A stretch of DNA of 64,000 bases from Eledone cirrhosa (taxonomy: Eukaryota): assembly GCA_964016885.1 (NCBI GenBank), contig OZ024741.1:249426001-249490000 (forward strand). Reading direction: 5' to 3'. How positions within the stretch are numbered: position 1 is the stretch's first letter; every line of letters starts with the position of its first letter. The notes beneath the pieces are model-generated. The model did no database searches. It saw nothing but the letters and a program-made list of their open reading frames with translations, and was not told the DNA's origin. Both the position numbers and the translations under genes were made by a program. This document shows positions 41,501-55,800 of the stretch, in pieces.

Positions 41501-44500
41501 TTCCAGCCGTCCAAGGGGAGATAATTTCCAGCCGTCCAAGGGGAGATAATATCCAGCCGTCCAAGGAGACATATTTTCCAGCCGTCCAAGGAGAGGTAAT
41601 TTCTAGCCGTCCAAGGGGAGATAAGTTCCAGCCTCCAAGGGGAGATAATTTCCAGCCAGCCAAGGGGAGATAATTTGTAAAAAAATCAGGGGGAGATAAT
41701 TTGTAAAAAAAAAATCAGGGGGAGATAATTTGTAAAAAAATCAGGGGGAGATAATTTGTAAAAAAAAAATCAGGGGGAGATAATTTGTAAAAAAAATCAG
41801 GGGGAGATAATTTGTAGAAAAAATCAGGGGTTGATAATTTGTAAAAAAAATCAGGGGGAGATAATTTGTAAAAAAAATCAGGGGGAGATAATTTGTAAAA
41901 GAAATCAGGGGTAGATAATTTTCAGTCGTCCAAGGGGAGATAATTTCCATCCTTCCAAGGGGAGATAATTTCCAGCCGTCCAAGGGGAGATAATTTCCCG
42001 CCAGCCAAGGAGAGATAACATTTAAAAAAATCAGGCGGAGATAATTTGTAAAAAAAATCAGGGGGAGATAATTTGTAAAAAAATCAGGGGGAGATAATTT
42101 GTAAAAAAAATCAGGGGTAGATAATTTCCAGCCGTCCAAGGGGAGATAATTTCCCGCCAGCCAAGGAGAGATAACATTTAAAAAAATCAGGCGGAGATAA
42201 TTTGTAAAAAAAATCAGGGGGAGATAATTTGTAAAAAAATCAGGGGGAGATAATTTGTAAAAAAAATCAGGGGTAGATAATTTCCAGCCGTCCAAGGGGA
42301 GATAATTTCCATCCTTCCAAGGGGAGATAATTTCCAGCCGTCCAAGGGGAGATAATTTCCCGCCAGCCAAGGAGAGATAATATTTAAAAAAATCAGGCGG
42401 AGATAATTTGTAAAAAAAATCAGGGGGAGATAATTTGTAAAAAAATCAGGGGGAGATAATTTGTAAAAAAAAATCAGGGGGAGATAATTTGTAAAAAAAA
42501 TCAGGGGGAGATAATTTGTAAAAAAAATCAGGGGTAGATAATTTGTAAAAAAAAATCAGGGGGAGATAATTTGTAAAAAAAAAATCAGGGGGAGATAATT
42601 TGTAAAAAAATCAAGGTGAGATAATTTCCAGCCGTCCAAGGGGAGATAATTTTCAGCCGTCCAAGGAGAGGTAATTGCTAGCCGTCCAAGGGGAGATAAT
42701 TTCCAGCCGTCCAAGGGGAGATAATTTTCAGCCGTCCAAGGAGAGGTAAATTCTAGCCGTCCAAGGAGATATAATTTCCAGCCGTCCAAGGGGAGATAAT
42801 TTCCAGCCGTCCAAGGGGAGATAATTTTTAAAAAAAAATCAGGCGGAGATAATTTCTAAACAAAAATCAGGGGGAGATAATTTTTTAAAAAAAATCAGGG
42901 GGAGATAATTTGTAAAAAAAAATCAGGGGGAGATAATTTGTAAAAAAAATCAAGGGGAGATAATTTCCAGCCGTCCAAGGGGAGGTAATATCTAGCCATC
43001 CAAGGGGAGATAATTTCCAGCCGTCCAAGGGGAGATAATTTCCAGCCGTCCAAGGGGAGATAATATCCAGCCGTCCAAGGAGACATATTTTCCAGCCGTC
43101 CAAGGAGAGGTAATTTCTAGCCGTCCAAGGGGAGATAAGTTCCAGCCTCCAAGGGGAGATAATTTCCAGCCAGCCAAGGGGAGATAATTTGTAAAAAAAT
43201 CAGGGGGGAGATAATTTGTAAAAAAAATCAGGGGGAGATAATTTGAAAAAAAAATCAGGGGGAGATAATTTGTAAAAAATATCAAGGGGAGATAATTTCC
43301 AGCCCTCCAAGGGGCTATAATTTCCAGCCGTGCAAGGGGAGATAATTTCCAGCCGTCCAAGGGGAGATAATTTCCATCCTTCCAAGGGGAGATAATTTCC
43401 AGCCGTCCAAGGGGAGATAATTTCCCGCCAGCCAAGGGAAGATAATTTTTTAAAAAATCAGGCGGAGATTGTAAAAAAAATCAGGGGGAGATAATTTGTA
43501 AAAAAATCAGGGGGAGATAATTTGTAAAAAAAATCAGGGGGAGATAATTTGTAAAAAAATCAGGGGGAGATAATTTGTAAAAAAAAATCAGGGGGAGATA
43601 ATTTGTAAAAAAAAATCAGGGGGAGATAATTTGTAAAAAAAAATCAGGGGTAGATAATTTGTAAAAAAAAATCAGGGTGAGATAATTTGTAAAAGAAAAA
43701 TCAGGGGGAGATAATTTGTAAAAAAATCAAAGGGAGATAATTTCCAGCCGTCCAAGGGGAGATAATTTTCAGCCGTCCAAGGAGAGGTAATTTCTAGCCG
43801 TCCAAGGGGAGATAATTTCCAGCCGTCCAAGGGGAGATAATTTTTTTAAAAAAATCAGGCGGAGATAATTTGTAAACAAAAATCAGGGGGAGATAATTTG
43901 TAAAAAAAAATCAGGGGGAGATAATTTGTAAAAAAAAATCAGGGGGAGATAATTTGTAAAAAAAATCAAGGGGAGATAATTTGTCAAAAAAAATCAGGGG
44001 TAGATAATTTGTAAAAAAAAATCAGGGGGAGATAATTTGTAAAAAAAAAATCAGGGGGAGATAATTTGTAAAAAAATCAAGGGGAGATAATTTCCAGCCG
44101 TCCAAGGGGAGATAATTTTCAGCCGTCCAAGGAGAGGTAATTTCTAGCCGTCCAAGGCGAGATAATTTCCAGCCAGCCAAGGGGAGATAATTTGTAAAAA
44201 AATCAGGGGTAGATAATTTGTAAAAAAAAATCAGGGGGAGATAATTTGTAAAAAAAATCAGGGGGAGATAATTTGTAAAAAAAATCAGGGGTAGATAATT
44301 TCCAGCCGTCCAAGGGGAGATAATTTCCATCCTTCCAAGGGGAGATAATTTCCAGCCGTCCAAGGGGAGATAATTTCCCGCCAGCCAAGGAGAGATAACA
44401 TTTAAAAAAATCAGGCGGAGATAATTTGTAAAAAAAATCAGGGGGAGATAATTTGTAAAAAAATCAGGGGGAGATAATTTGTAAAAAAAATCAGGGGTAG

Positions 44501-47500
44501 ATAATTTCCAGCCGTCCAAGGGGAGATAATTTCCATCCTTCCAAGGGGAGATAATTTCCAGCCGTCCAAGGGGAGATAATTTCCCGCCAGCCAAGGAGAG
44601 ATAATATTTAAAAAAATCAGGCGGAGATAATTTGTAAAAAAAATCAGGGGGAGATAATTTGTAAAAAAATCAGGGGGAGATAATTTGTAAAAAAAAATCA
44701 GGGGAGATAATTTGTAAAAAAAATCAGGGGGAGATAATTTGTAAAAAAAAATCAGGGGTAGATAATTTGTAAAAAAAAATCAGGGGGAGATAATTTGTAA
44801 AAAAAAAATCAGGGGGAGATAATTTGTAAAAAAATCAAGGGCAGATAATTTCCAGCCGTCCAAGGGGAGATAATTTTCAGCCGTCCAAGGAGGTAATTTC
44901 TAGCCGTCCAAGGGGAGATAATTTCCAGCCGTCCAAGGGGAGATAATTTTTTTAAAAAAATCAGGCGGAGATAATTTGTAAACAAAAATCAGGGGGAGAT
45001 AATTTGTAAAAAAAAATCAGGGGGAGATAATTTGTAAAAAAAAATCAGGGGGAGATAATTTGTAAAAAAAATCAAGGGGAGATAATTTCCAGCCGTCCAA
45101 GGGGAGGTAATATCTAGCCATCCAAGGGGAGATAATTTCCAGCCGTCCAAGGGGAGATAATTTCCAGCCGTCCAAGGGGAGATAATATCCAGCCGTCCAA
45201 GGAGACATATTTTCCAGCCGTCCAAGGAGAGGTAATTTCTAGCCGTCCAAGGGGAGATAAGTTCCAGCCTCCAAGGGGAGATAATTTCCAGCCAGCCAAG
45301 GGGAGATAATTTGTAAAAAAATCAGGGGGAGATAATTTGTAAAAAAAAAATCAGGGGCAGATAATTTGTAAAAAAATCAGGGGGAGATAATTTGTAAAAA
45401 AAATCAGGGGGAGATAATTTGTAGAAAAAATCAGGGGTAGATAATTTGTAAAAAAAATCAGGGGGAGATAATTTGTAAAAAAAATCAGGGGGAGATAATT
45501 TGTAAAAAAAATCAGGGGTAGATAATTTTCAGCCGTCCAAGGGGAGATAATTTCCATCCTTCCAAGGGGAGATAATTTCCAGCCGTCCAAGGGGAGATAA
45601 TTTCCCGCCAGCCAAGGAGAGATAACATTTAAAAAAATCAGGGGGAGATAATTTGTAAAAAAAATCAGGGGGAGATAATTTGTAAAAAAATCAGGGGGAG
45701 ATAATTTGTAAAAAAAATCAGGGGTAGATAATTTCCAGCCGTCCAAGGGGAGATAATTTCCATCCTTCCAAGGGGAGATAATTTCCAGCCGTCCAAGGGG
45801 AGATAATTTCCAGCCAGCCAAGGGGAGATAATTTGTAAAAAAATCAGGGGGAGATAATTTGTAAAAAAAAAATCAGGGGGAGATAATTTGTAAAAAAATC
45901 AGGGGGAGATAATTTGTAAAAAAAAAATCAGGGGGAGATAATTTGTAAAAAAAATCAGGGGGAGATAATTTGTAAAAAAAATCAGGGGTAGATAATTTGT
46001 AAAAAAAATCAGGGGGAGATAATTTGTAAAAAAAATCAGGGGGAGATAATTTGTAAAAAAAATCAGGGGTAGATAATTTTCAGCCCTCCAAGGGGAGATA
46101 ATTTCCATCCTTCCAAGGGGAGATAATTTCCAGCCGTCCAAGGGGAGATAATTTCCCGCCAGCCAAGGAGAGATAACATTTAAAAAAATCAGGCGGAGAT
46201 AATTTGTAAAAAAAATCAGGGGGAGATAATTTGTAAAAAAATTAGGGGGAGATAATTTGTAAAAAAAATCAGGGGTAGATAATTTCCAGCCGTCCAAGGG
46301 GAGATAATTTCCATCCTTCCAAGGGGAGATAATTTCCAGCCGTCCAAGGGGAGATAATTTCCCGCCAGCCAAGGAGAGATAATATTTAAAAAAATCAGGC
46401 GGAGATAATTTGTAAAAAAAATCAGGGGGAGATAATTTGTAAAAAAATCAGGGGGAGATAATTTGTAAAAAAAAATCAGGGGGAGATAATTTGTAAAAAA
46501 AATCAGGGGGAGATAATTTGTAAAAAAAAATCAGGGGTAGATAATTTGTAAAAAAAAATCAGGGGGAGATAATTTGTAAAAAAAAATCAGGGGGAGATAA
46601 TTTGTAAAAAAATCAAGGGGAGATAATTTCCAGCCGTCCAAGGGGAGATAATTTTCAGCCGTCCAAGGAGAGGTAATTTCTAGCCGTCCAAGGGGAGATA
46701 ATTTTTTTTAAAAAATCAGGCGGAGACAATTTGTAAACAAAAATCAGGGGGAGATAATTTGTAAAAAAAAATCAGGGGGAGATAATTTGTAAAAAAAAAT
46801 CAGGGGGAGATAATTTGTAAAAAAAATCAAGGGGAGATAATTTCCAGCCGTCCAAGGGGAGGTAATATCTAGCCATCCAAGGGGAGATAATTTCCAGCCG
46901 TCCAAGGGGAGATAATTTCCAGCCGTCCAAGGGGAGATAATATCCAGCCGTCCAAGGAGACATATTTTCCAGCCGTCCAAGGAGACGTAATTTCTAGCCG
47001 TCCAAGGGGAGATAAGTTCCAGCCTCCAAGGGGAGATAATTTCCAGCCAGCCAAGGGGAGATAATTTGTAAAAAAATTAGGGGGAAATAATTTGTAAAAA
47101 AAAATTAGGGGGAGATAATTTGTAAAAAAAAATCAGGGGGAGATAATTTGTAAAAAAAAATCAGGGGGAGATAATTTGTAAAAAAAAATCAGGGGGAGAT
47201 AATTTGTAAAAAAAAAATCAGGCGGAGATAATTTGTAAAAAAATCAAGGGGAGATAATTTCCAGCCGTCCAAGGGGAGATAATTTTCAGCCGTCCAAGGA
47301 GAGGTAATTTCTAGCCGTCCAAGGGGAGATAATTTCCAGCCGTCCAAGGGGAGATAATTTTTTTAAAAAAATCAGGCGGAGATAATTTGTAAACAAAAAT
47401 CAGGGGGAGATAATTTGTAAAAAAAAATCAGGGGGAGATAATTTGTAAAAAAAATCAGGGGGAGATAATTTGTAAAAAAAATCAAGGGGAGATAATTTGT

Positions 47501-49822
47501 AAAAAAAAATCAGGGGTAGATAATTTGTAAAAAAAAATCAGGGGGAGATAATTTGTAAAAAAAAAATCAGGGGGAGATAATTTGTAAAAAAATCAAGGGG
47601 AGATAATTTCCAGCCGTCCAAGGGGAGATAATTTTAAGCCGTCCAAGGAGAGGTAATTTCTAGCCGTCCAAGGGGAGATAATTTCCAGCCAGCCAAGGGG
47701 AGATAATTTGTAAAAAAATCAGGGGTAGATAATTTGTAAAAAAAAATCAGGGGGAGATAATTTGTAAAAAAAATCAGGGGGAGATAATTTGTAAAAAAAA
47801 TCAGGGGTAGATAATTTCCAGCCGTCCAAGGGGAGATAATTTCCATCCTTCCAAGGGGAGATAATTTCCAGCCGTCCAAGGGGAGATAATTTCCCGCCAG
47901 CCAAGGAGAGATAACATTTAAAAAAATCAGGCGGAGATAATTTGTAAAAAAAATCAGGGGGAGATAATTTGTAAAAAAATCAGGGGGAGATAATTTGTAA
48001 AAAAAATCAGGGGTAGATAATTTCCAGCCGTCCAAGGGGAGATAATTTCCATCCTTCCAAGGGGAGATAATTTCCAGCCGTCCAAGGGGAGATAATTTCC
48101 CGCCAGCCAAGGAGAGATAATATTTAAAAAAATCAGGCGGAGATAATTTGTAAAAAAAATCAGGGGGAGATAATTTGTAAAAAAATCAGGGGGAGATAAT
48201 TTGTAAAAAAAAATCAGGGGAGATAATTTGTAAAAAAAATCAGGGGGTGATAATTTGTAAAAAAAATCAGGGGTAGATAATTTGTAAAAAAAAATCAGGG
48301 GGAGATAATTTGTAAAAAAATCAAGGGGAGATAATTTCCAACCGTCCAAGGGGAGATAATTTTCAGCCGTCCAAGGAGGTAATTTCTAGCCGTCCAAGGG
48401 GAGATAATTTCCAGCCGTCCAAGGGGAGATAATTTTTTTAAAAAAATCAGGCGGAGATAATTTGTAAACAAAAATCAGGGGGAGATAATTTGTAAAAAAA
48501 AATCAGGGGGAGATAATTTGTAAAAAAAATCAAGGGGAGATAATTTCCAGCCGTCCAAGGGGAGGTAATATCTAGCCATCCAAAGGGAGATAATTTCCAG
48601 CCGTCCAAGGGGAGATAATTTCCAGCCGTCCAAGGGGAGATAATATCCAGCCGTCCAAGGAGACATATTTTCCAGCCGTCCAAGGAGAGGTAATTTCTAG
48701 CCGTCCAAGGGGAGATAAGTTCCAGCCTCCAAGGGGAGATAATTTCCAGCCAGCCAAGGGGAGATAATTTGTAAAAAAATCAGGGGGAGATAATTTGTAA
48801 AAAAAAAATCAGGGGGAGATAATTTGTAAAAAAATCAGGGGGAGATAATTTGTAAAAAAAAAATCAGGGGGAGATAATTTGTAAAAAAAATCAGGGGGAG
48901 ATAATTTGTAGAAAAAATCAGGGGTTGATAATTTGTAAAAAAAATCAGGGGGAGATAATTTGTAAAAAAAATCAGGGGGAGATAATTTGTAAAAGAAATC
49001 AGGGGTAGATAATTTTCAGTCGTCCAAGGGGAGATAATTTCCATCCTTCCAAGGGGAGATAATTTCCAGCCGTCCAAGGGGAGATAATTTCCCGCCAGCC
49101 AAGGAGAGATAACATTTAAAAAAATCAGGCGGAGATAATTTGTAAAAAAAATCAGGGGGAGATAATTTGTAAAAAAATCAGGGGGAGATAATTTGTAAAA
49201 AAAATCAGGGGTAGATAATTTCCAGCCGTCCAAGGGGAGATAATTTCCCGCCAGCCAAGGAGAGATAACATTTAAAAAAATCAGGCGGAGATAATTTGTA
49301 AAAAAAATCAGGGGGAGATAATTTGTAAAAAAATCAGGGGGAGATAATTTGTAAAAAAAATCAGGGGTAGATAATTTCCAGCCGTCCAAGGGGAGATAAT
49401 TTCCATCCTTCCAAGGGGAGATAATTTCCAGCCGTCCAAGGGGAGATAATTTCCCGCCAGCCAAGGAGAGATAATATTTAAAAAAATCAGGCGGAGATAA
49501 TTTGTAAAAAAAATCAGGGGGAGATAATTTGTAAAAAAATCAGGGGGAGATAATTTGTAAAAAAAAATCAGGGGGAGATAATTTGTAAAAAAAATCAGGG
49601 GGAGATAATTTGTAAAAAAAATCAGGGGTAGATAATTTGTAAAAAAAAATCAGGGGGAGATAATTTGTAAAAAAAAAATCAGGGGGAGATAATTTGTAAA
49701 AAAATCAAGGTGAGATAATTTCCAGCCGTCCAAGGGGAGATAATTTTCAGCCGTCCAAGGAGAGGTAATTGCTAGCCGTCCAAGGGGAGATAATTTCCAG
49801 CCGTCCAAGGGGAGATAATTTT
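35594..49822 (+). repeat. Complete, near-identical tandem duplication of a 7094-bp unit (35594-42687 and 42688-49781)
   Basis: Eleven or more ORF pairs are offset by exactly 7094 (35791/42885 through 41741/48835). Private markers are shared: tttctaaac, aaggcgag, aagggcag (P entry), ggggcagat and ggggaaataa. Confidence 0.95.
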
Positions 49823-52800
49823 TTTAAAAAAATCAGGCGGAGATAATTTGTAAACAAAAATCAGGGGGAGATAATTTGTAAAAAAAAATCAGGGGGAGAT
49901 AATTTGTAAAAAAAAATCAGGGGGAGATAATTTGTAAAAAAAATCAAGGGGAGATAATTTCCAGCCGTCCAAGGGGAGGTAATATCTAGCCATCCAAGGG
50001 GAGATAATTTCCAGCCGTCCAAGGGGAGATAATTTCCAGCCGTCCAAGGGGAGATAATATCCAGCCGTCCAAGGAGACATATTTTCCAGCCGTCCAAGGA
50101 GAGGTAATTTCTAGCCGTCCAAGGGGAGATAAGTTCCAGCCTCCAAGGGGAGATAATTTCCAGCCAGCCAAGGGGAGATAATTTGTAAAAAAATCAGGGG
50201 GAGATAATTTGTAAAAAAAAATCAGGGGGAGATAATTTGTAAAAAAATCAGGGGGAGATAATTTGTAAAAAAAAATCAGGGGGAGATAATTTGTAAAAAA
50301 AATCAGGGGGAGATAATTTGTAAAAAAATCAGGGGTAGATAATTTGTAAAAAAAATCAGGGGGAGATAATTTGTAAAAAAAATCAGGGGGAGATAATTTG
50401 TAAAAAAAATCAGGGGTAGATAATTTTCAGCCGTCCAAGGGGAGATAATTTCCATCCTTCCAAGGGGAGATAATTTCCAGCCGTCCAAGGGGAGATAATT
50501 TCCCGCCAGCCAAGGAGAGATAACATTTAAAAAATCAGGCGGAGATAATTTGTAAAAAAATCAGGGGGAGATAATTTATAAAAAAAAATCAGGGGGAGAT
50601 AATTTGTAAAAAAAATCAGGGGGAGATAATTTGTAAAAAAAAATCAGGGGTAGATAATTTGTAAAAAAAAATCAGGGGGAGATAATTTGTAAAAAAAAAT
50701 CAGGGGGAGATAATTTGTAAAAAAATCAAGGGGAGATAATTTCCAGCCGTCCAAGGGGAGATAATTTTCAGCCGTCCAAGGAGAGGTAATTTCTAGCCGT
50801 CCAAGGGGAGATAATTTCCAGCCGTCCAAGGGGAGATAATTTTTTTTAAAAAATCAGGCGGAGATAATTTGTAAACAAAAATCAGGGGGAGATAATTTGT
50901 AAAAAAAAATCAGGGGGAGATAATTTGTAAAAAAAAATCAGGGGGAGATGATTTGTAAAAAAAATCAAGGGGAGATAATTTCCAGCCGTCCAAGGGGAGG
51001 TAATATCTAGCCATCCAAGGGGAGATAATTTCCAGCCGTCCAAGGGGAGATAATTTCCAGCCGTCCAAGGGGAGATAATATCCAGCCGTCCAAGGAGACA
51101 TATTTTCCAGCCGTCCAAGGTACGTAATTTCTAGCCGTCCAAGGGGAGATAAGTTCCAGCCTCCAAGGGGAGATAATTTCCAGCCAGCCAAGGGGAGATA
51201 ATTTGTAAAAAAATCAGGGGAGATAATTTGTAAAAAAAATCAGGGGGAGATAATTTGTAAAAAAAAATCAGGGGTAGATAATTTGTAAAAAAAATCAGGG
51301 GGAGATAATTTGTAAAAAAAAAATCAGGGGGAGATAATTTGTAAAAAAATCAAGGGGAGATAATTTCCAACCGTCCAAGGGGAGATAATTTTCAGCCGTC
51401 CAAGGAGGTAATTTCTAGCCGTCCAAGGGGAGATAATTTCCAGCCGTCCAAGGGGAGATAATTTTTTTAAAAAAATCAGGCGGAGATAATTTGTAAACAA
51501 AAATCAGGGGGAGATAATTTGTAAAAAAAAATCAGGGGGAGATAATTTGTAAAAAAAATCAGGGGGAGATAATTTGTAAAAAAAATCAAGGGGAGATAAT
51601 TTCCAGCCGTCCAAGGGGAGGTAATATCTAGCCATCCAAAGGGAGATAATTTCCAGCCGTCCAAGGGGAGATAATTTCCAGACGTCCAAGGGGAGATAAT
51701 ATCCAGCCGTCCAAGGAGACATATTTTCCAGCCGTCCAAGGAGAGGTAATTTCTAGCCGTCCAAGGGGAGATAAGTTCCAGCCTCCAAGGGGAGATAATT
51801 TCCAGCCAGCCAAGGGGAGATAATTTGTAAAAAAATCAGGGGGAGATAATTTGTAAAAAAAAAATCAGGGGGAGATAATTTGTAAAAAAATTAGGGGGAG
51901 ATAATTTGTAAAAAAAAAATCAGGGGGAGATAATTTGTAAAAAAAATCAGGGGGAGATAATTTGTAGAAAAAATCAGGGGTAGATAATTTGTAAAAAAAA
52001 TCAGGGGGAGATAATTTGTAAAAAAAATCAGGGGGAGATAATTTGTAAAAAAAATCAGGGGTAGATAATTTTCAGCCGTCCAAGGGGAGATAATTTCCAT
52101 CCTTCCAAGGGGAGATAATTTCCAGCCGTCCAAGGGGAGATAATTTCCCGCCAGCCAAGGAGAGATAACATTTAAAAAAATCAGGCGGAGATAATTTGTA
52201 AAAAAAATCAGGGGGAGATAATTTGTAAAAAAATCAGGGGGAGATAATTTGTAAAAAAAATCAGGGGTAGATAATTTCCAGCCGTCCAAGGGGAGATAAT
52301 TTCCATCCTTCCAAGGGGAGATAATTTCCAGCCGTCCAAGGGGAGATAATTTCCCGCCAGCCAAGGAGAGATAATATTTAAAAAAATCAGGCGGAGATAA
52401 TTTGTAAAAAAAATCAGGGGGAGATAATTTGTAAAAAAATCAGGGGGAGATAATTTGTAAAAAAAATCAGGGGTAGATAATTTCCAGCCGTCCAAGGGGA
52501 GATAATTTCCATCCTTCCAAGGGGAGATAATTTCCAGCCGTCCAAGGGGAGATAATTTCCCGCCAGCCAAGGAGAGATAATATTTAAAAAAATCAGGCGG
52601 AGATAATTTGTAAAAAAAATCAGGGGGAGATAATTTGTAAAAAAAAATCAGGGGAGATAATTTGTAAAAAAAATCAGGGGGAGATAATTTGTAAAAAAAA
52701 ATCAGGGGTAGATAATTTGTAAAAAAAAATCAGGGGGAGATAATTTGTAAAAAAAAAATCAGGGGGAGATAATTTGTAAAAAAATCAAGGGGAGATAATT

Positions 52801-55800
52801 TCCAGCCGTCCAAGGGGAGATAATTTTCAGCCGTCCAAGGAGGTAATTTCTGGCCGTCCAAGGGGAGATAATTTCCAGCCGTCCAAGGGGAGATAATTTT
52901 TTTAAAAAAATCAGGCGGAGATAATTTGTAAACAAAAATCAGGGGGAGATAATTTGTAAAAAAAAAATCAGGGGGAGATAATTTGTAAGAAAAAATCAGG
53001 GGTAGATAATTTGTTAAAAAAATCAAGGGGAGATAATTTCCAGCCGTCCAAGGGGAGGTAATATCTAGCCATCCAAGGGGAGATAATTTCCAGCCGTCCA
53101 AGGGGAGATAATTTCCAGCCGTCCAAGGGGAGATAATATCCAGCCGTCCAAGGAGACATATTTTCCAGCCGTCCAAGGAGAGGTAATTTCTAGCCGTCCA
53201 AGGGGAGATAAGTTCCAGCCTCCAAGGGGAGATAATTTCCAGCCAGCCAAGGGGAGATAATTTGTAAAAAAATCAGGGGGAGATAATTTGTAAAAAAAAA
53301 TCAGGGGGAGATAATTTGTAAAAAAATCAGGGGGAGATAATTTGTAAAAAAAAAATCAGGGGGAGATAATTTGTAAAAAAAATCAGGGGGAGATAATTTG
53401 TAGAAAAAATCAGGGGTAGATAATTTGTAAAAAAAATCAGGGGGAGATAATTTGTAAAAAAAATCAGGGGGAGATAATTTGTAAAAAAAATCAGGGGTAG
53501 ATAATTTTCAGCCGTCCAAGGGGAGATAATTTCCATCCTTCCAAGGGGAGATAATTTCCAGCCGTCCAAGGGGAGATAATTTCCCGCCAGCCAAGGAGAG
53601 ATAACATTTAAAAAAATCAGGCGGAGATAATTTGTAAAAAAAATCAGGGGGAGATAATTTGTAAAAAAATCAGGGGGAGATAATTTGTAAAAAAAATCAG
53701 GGGTAGATAATTTCCAGCCGTCCAAGGGGAGATAATTTCCATCCTTCCAAGGGGAGATAATTTCCAGCCGTCCAAGGGGAGATAATTTCCCGCCAGCCAA
53801 GGAGAGATAATATTTAAAAAAATCAGGCGGAGATAATTTGTAAAAAAAATCAGGGGGAGATAATTTGTAAAAAAATCAGGGGGAGACAATTTGTAAAAAA
53901 AAATCAGGGGGAGATAATTTGTAAAAAAAATCAGGGGGAGATAATTTGTAAAAAAAATCAGGGGTAGATAATTTGTAAAAAAAAATCAGGGGGAGATAAT
54001 TTGTAAAAAAAAAATCAGGGGGAGATAATTTGTAAAAAAATCAAGGGGAGATAATTTCCAGCCGTCCAAGGGGAGATAATTTTCAGCCGTCCAAGGAGAG
54101 GTAATTTCTAGCCGTCCAAGGGGAGATAATTTCCAGCCGTCCAAGGGGAGATAATTTTTTTAAAAAAATCAGGCGGAGATAATTTGTAAACAAAAATCAG
54201 GGGGAGATAATTTGTAAAAAAAAATCAGGGGGAGATAATTTGTTAAAAAAAATCAGGGGGAGATAATTTGTAAAAAAAATCAAGGGGAGATAATTTCCAG
54301 CCGTCCAAGGGGAGGTAATATCTAGCCATCCAAGGGGAGATAATTTCCAGCCGTCCAAGGGGAGATAATTTCCAGCCGTCCAAGGGGAGATAATATCCAG
54401 CCGTCCAAGGAGACATATTTTCCAGCCGTCCAAGGAGAGGTAATTTCTAGCCGTCCAAGGGGAGATAAGTTCCTGCCTCCAAGGGGAGATAATTTCCAGC
54501 CAGCCAAGGGGAGATAATTTGTAAAAAAATCAGGGGGAGATAATTTGTAAAAAAAAAATCAGGGGGAGATAATTTGTAAAAAAATCAGGGGGAGATAATT
54601 TGTAAAAAAAAAATCAGGGGGAGATAATTTGTAAAAAAAATCAGGGGGAGATAATTTGTAGAAAAAATCAGGGGTAGATAATTTGTAAAAAAAATCAGGG
54701 GGAGATAATTTGTAAAAAAAATCAGGGGGAGATAATTTGTAAAAAAAATCAGGGGTAGATAATTTTCAGCCGTCCAAGGGGAGATAATTTCCATCCTTCC
54801 AAGGGGAGATAATTTCCAGCCGTCCAAGGGGAGATAATTTCCCGCCAGCCAAGGAGAGATAACATTTAAAAAAATCAGGCGGAGATAATTTGTAAAAAAA
54901 ATCAGGGGGAGATAATTTGTAAAAAAATCAGGGGGAGATAATTTGTAAAAAAAATCAGGGGTAGATAATTTCCAGCCGTCCAAGGGGAGATAATTTCCAT
55001 CCTTCCAAGGGGAGATAATTTCCAGCCGTCCAAGGGGAGATAATTTCCCGCCAGCCAAGGAGAGATAATATTTAAAAAAATCAGGCGGAGATAATTTGTA
55101 AAAAAAATCAGGGGGAGATAATTTGTAAAAAAATCAGGGGGAGATAATTTGTAAAAAAAAATCAGGGGGAGATAATTTGTAAAAAAAATCAGGGGGAGAT
55201 AATTTGTAAAAAAAATCAGGGGTAGATAATTTGTAAAAAAAAATCAGGGGGAGATAATTTGTAAAAAAAAAATCAGGGGAGATAATTTGTAAAAAAATCA
55301 AGGTGAGATAATTTCCAGCCGTCCAAGGGGAGATAATTTTCAGCCTTCCAAGGAGAGGTAATTTCTAGCCGTCCAAGGGGAGATAATTTCCAGCCGTCCA
55401 AGGGGAGATAATTTTTTTAAAAAAATCAGGCGGAGATAATTTGTAAACAAAAATCAGGGGGAGATAATTTGTAAAAAAAAATCAGGGGGAGATAATTTGT
55501 AAAAAAAAATCAGGGGGAGATAATTTGTAAAAAAAATCAAGGGGAGATAATTTCCAGCCGTCCAAGGGGAGGTAATATCTAGCCATCCAAGGGGAGATAA
55601 TTTCCAGCCGTCCAAGGGGAGATAATTTCCAGCCGTCCAAGGGGAGATAATATCCAGCCGTCCAAGGAGACATATTTTCCAGCCGTCCAAGGATAGGTAA
55701 TTTCTAGCCGTCCAAGGGGAGATAAGTTCCAGCCTCCAAGGGGAGATAATTTCCAGCCAGCCAAGGGGAGATAATTTGTAAAAAAATCAGGGGGAGATAA

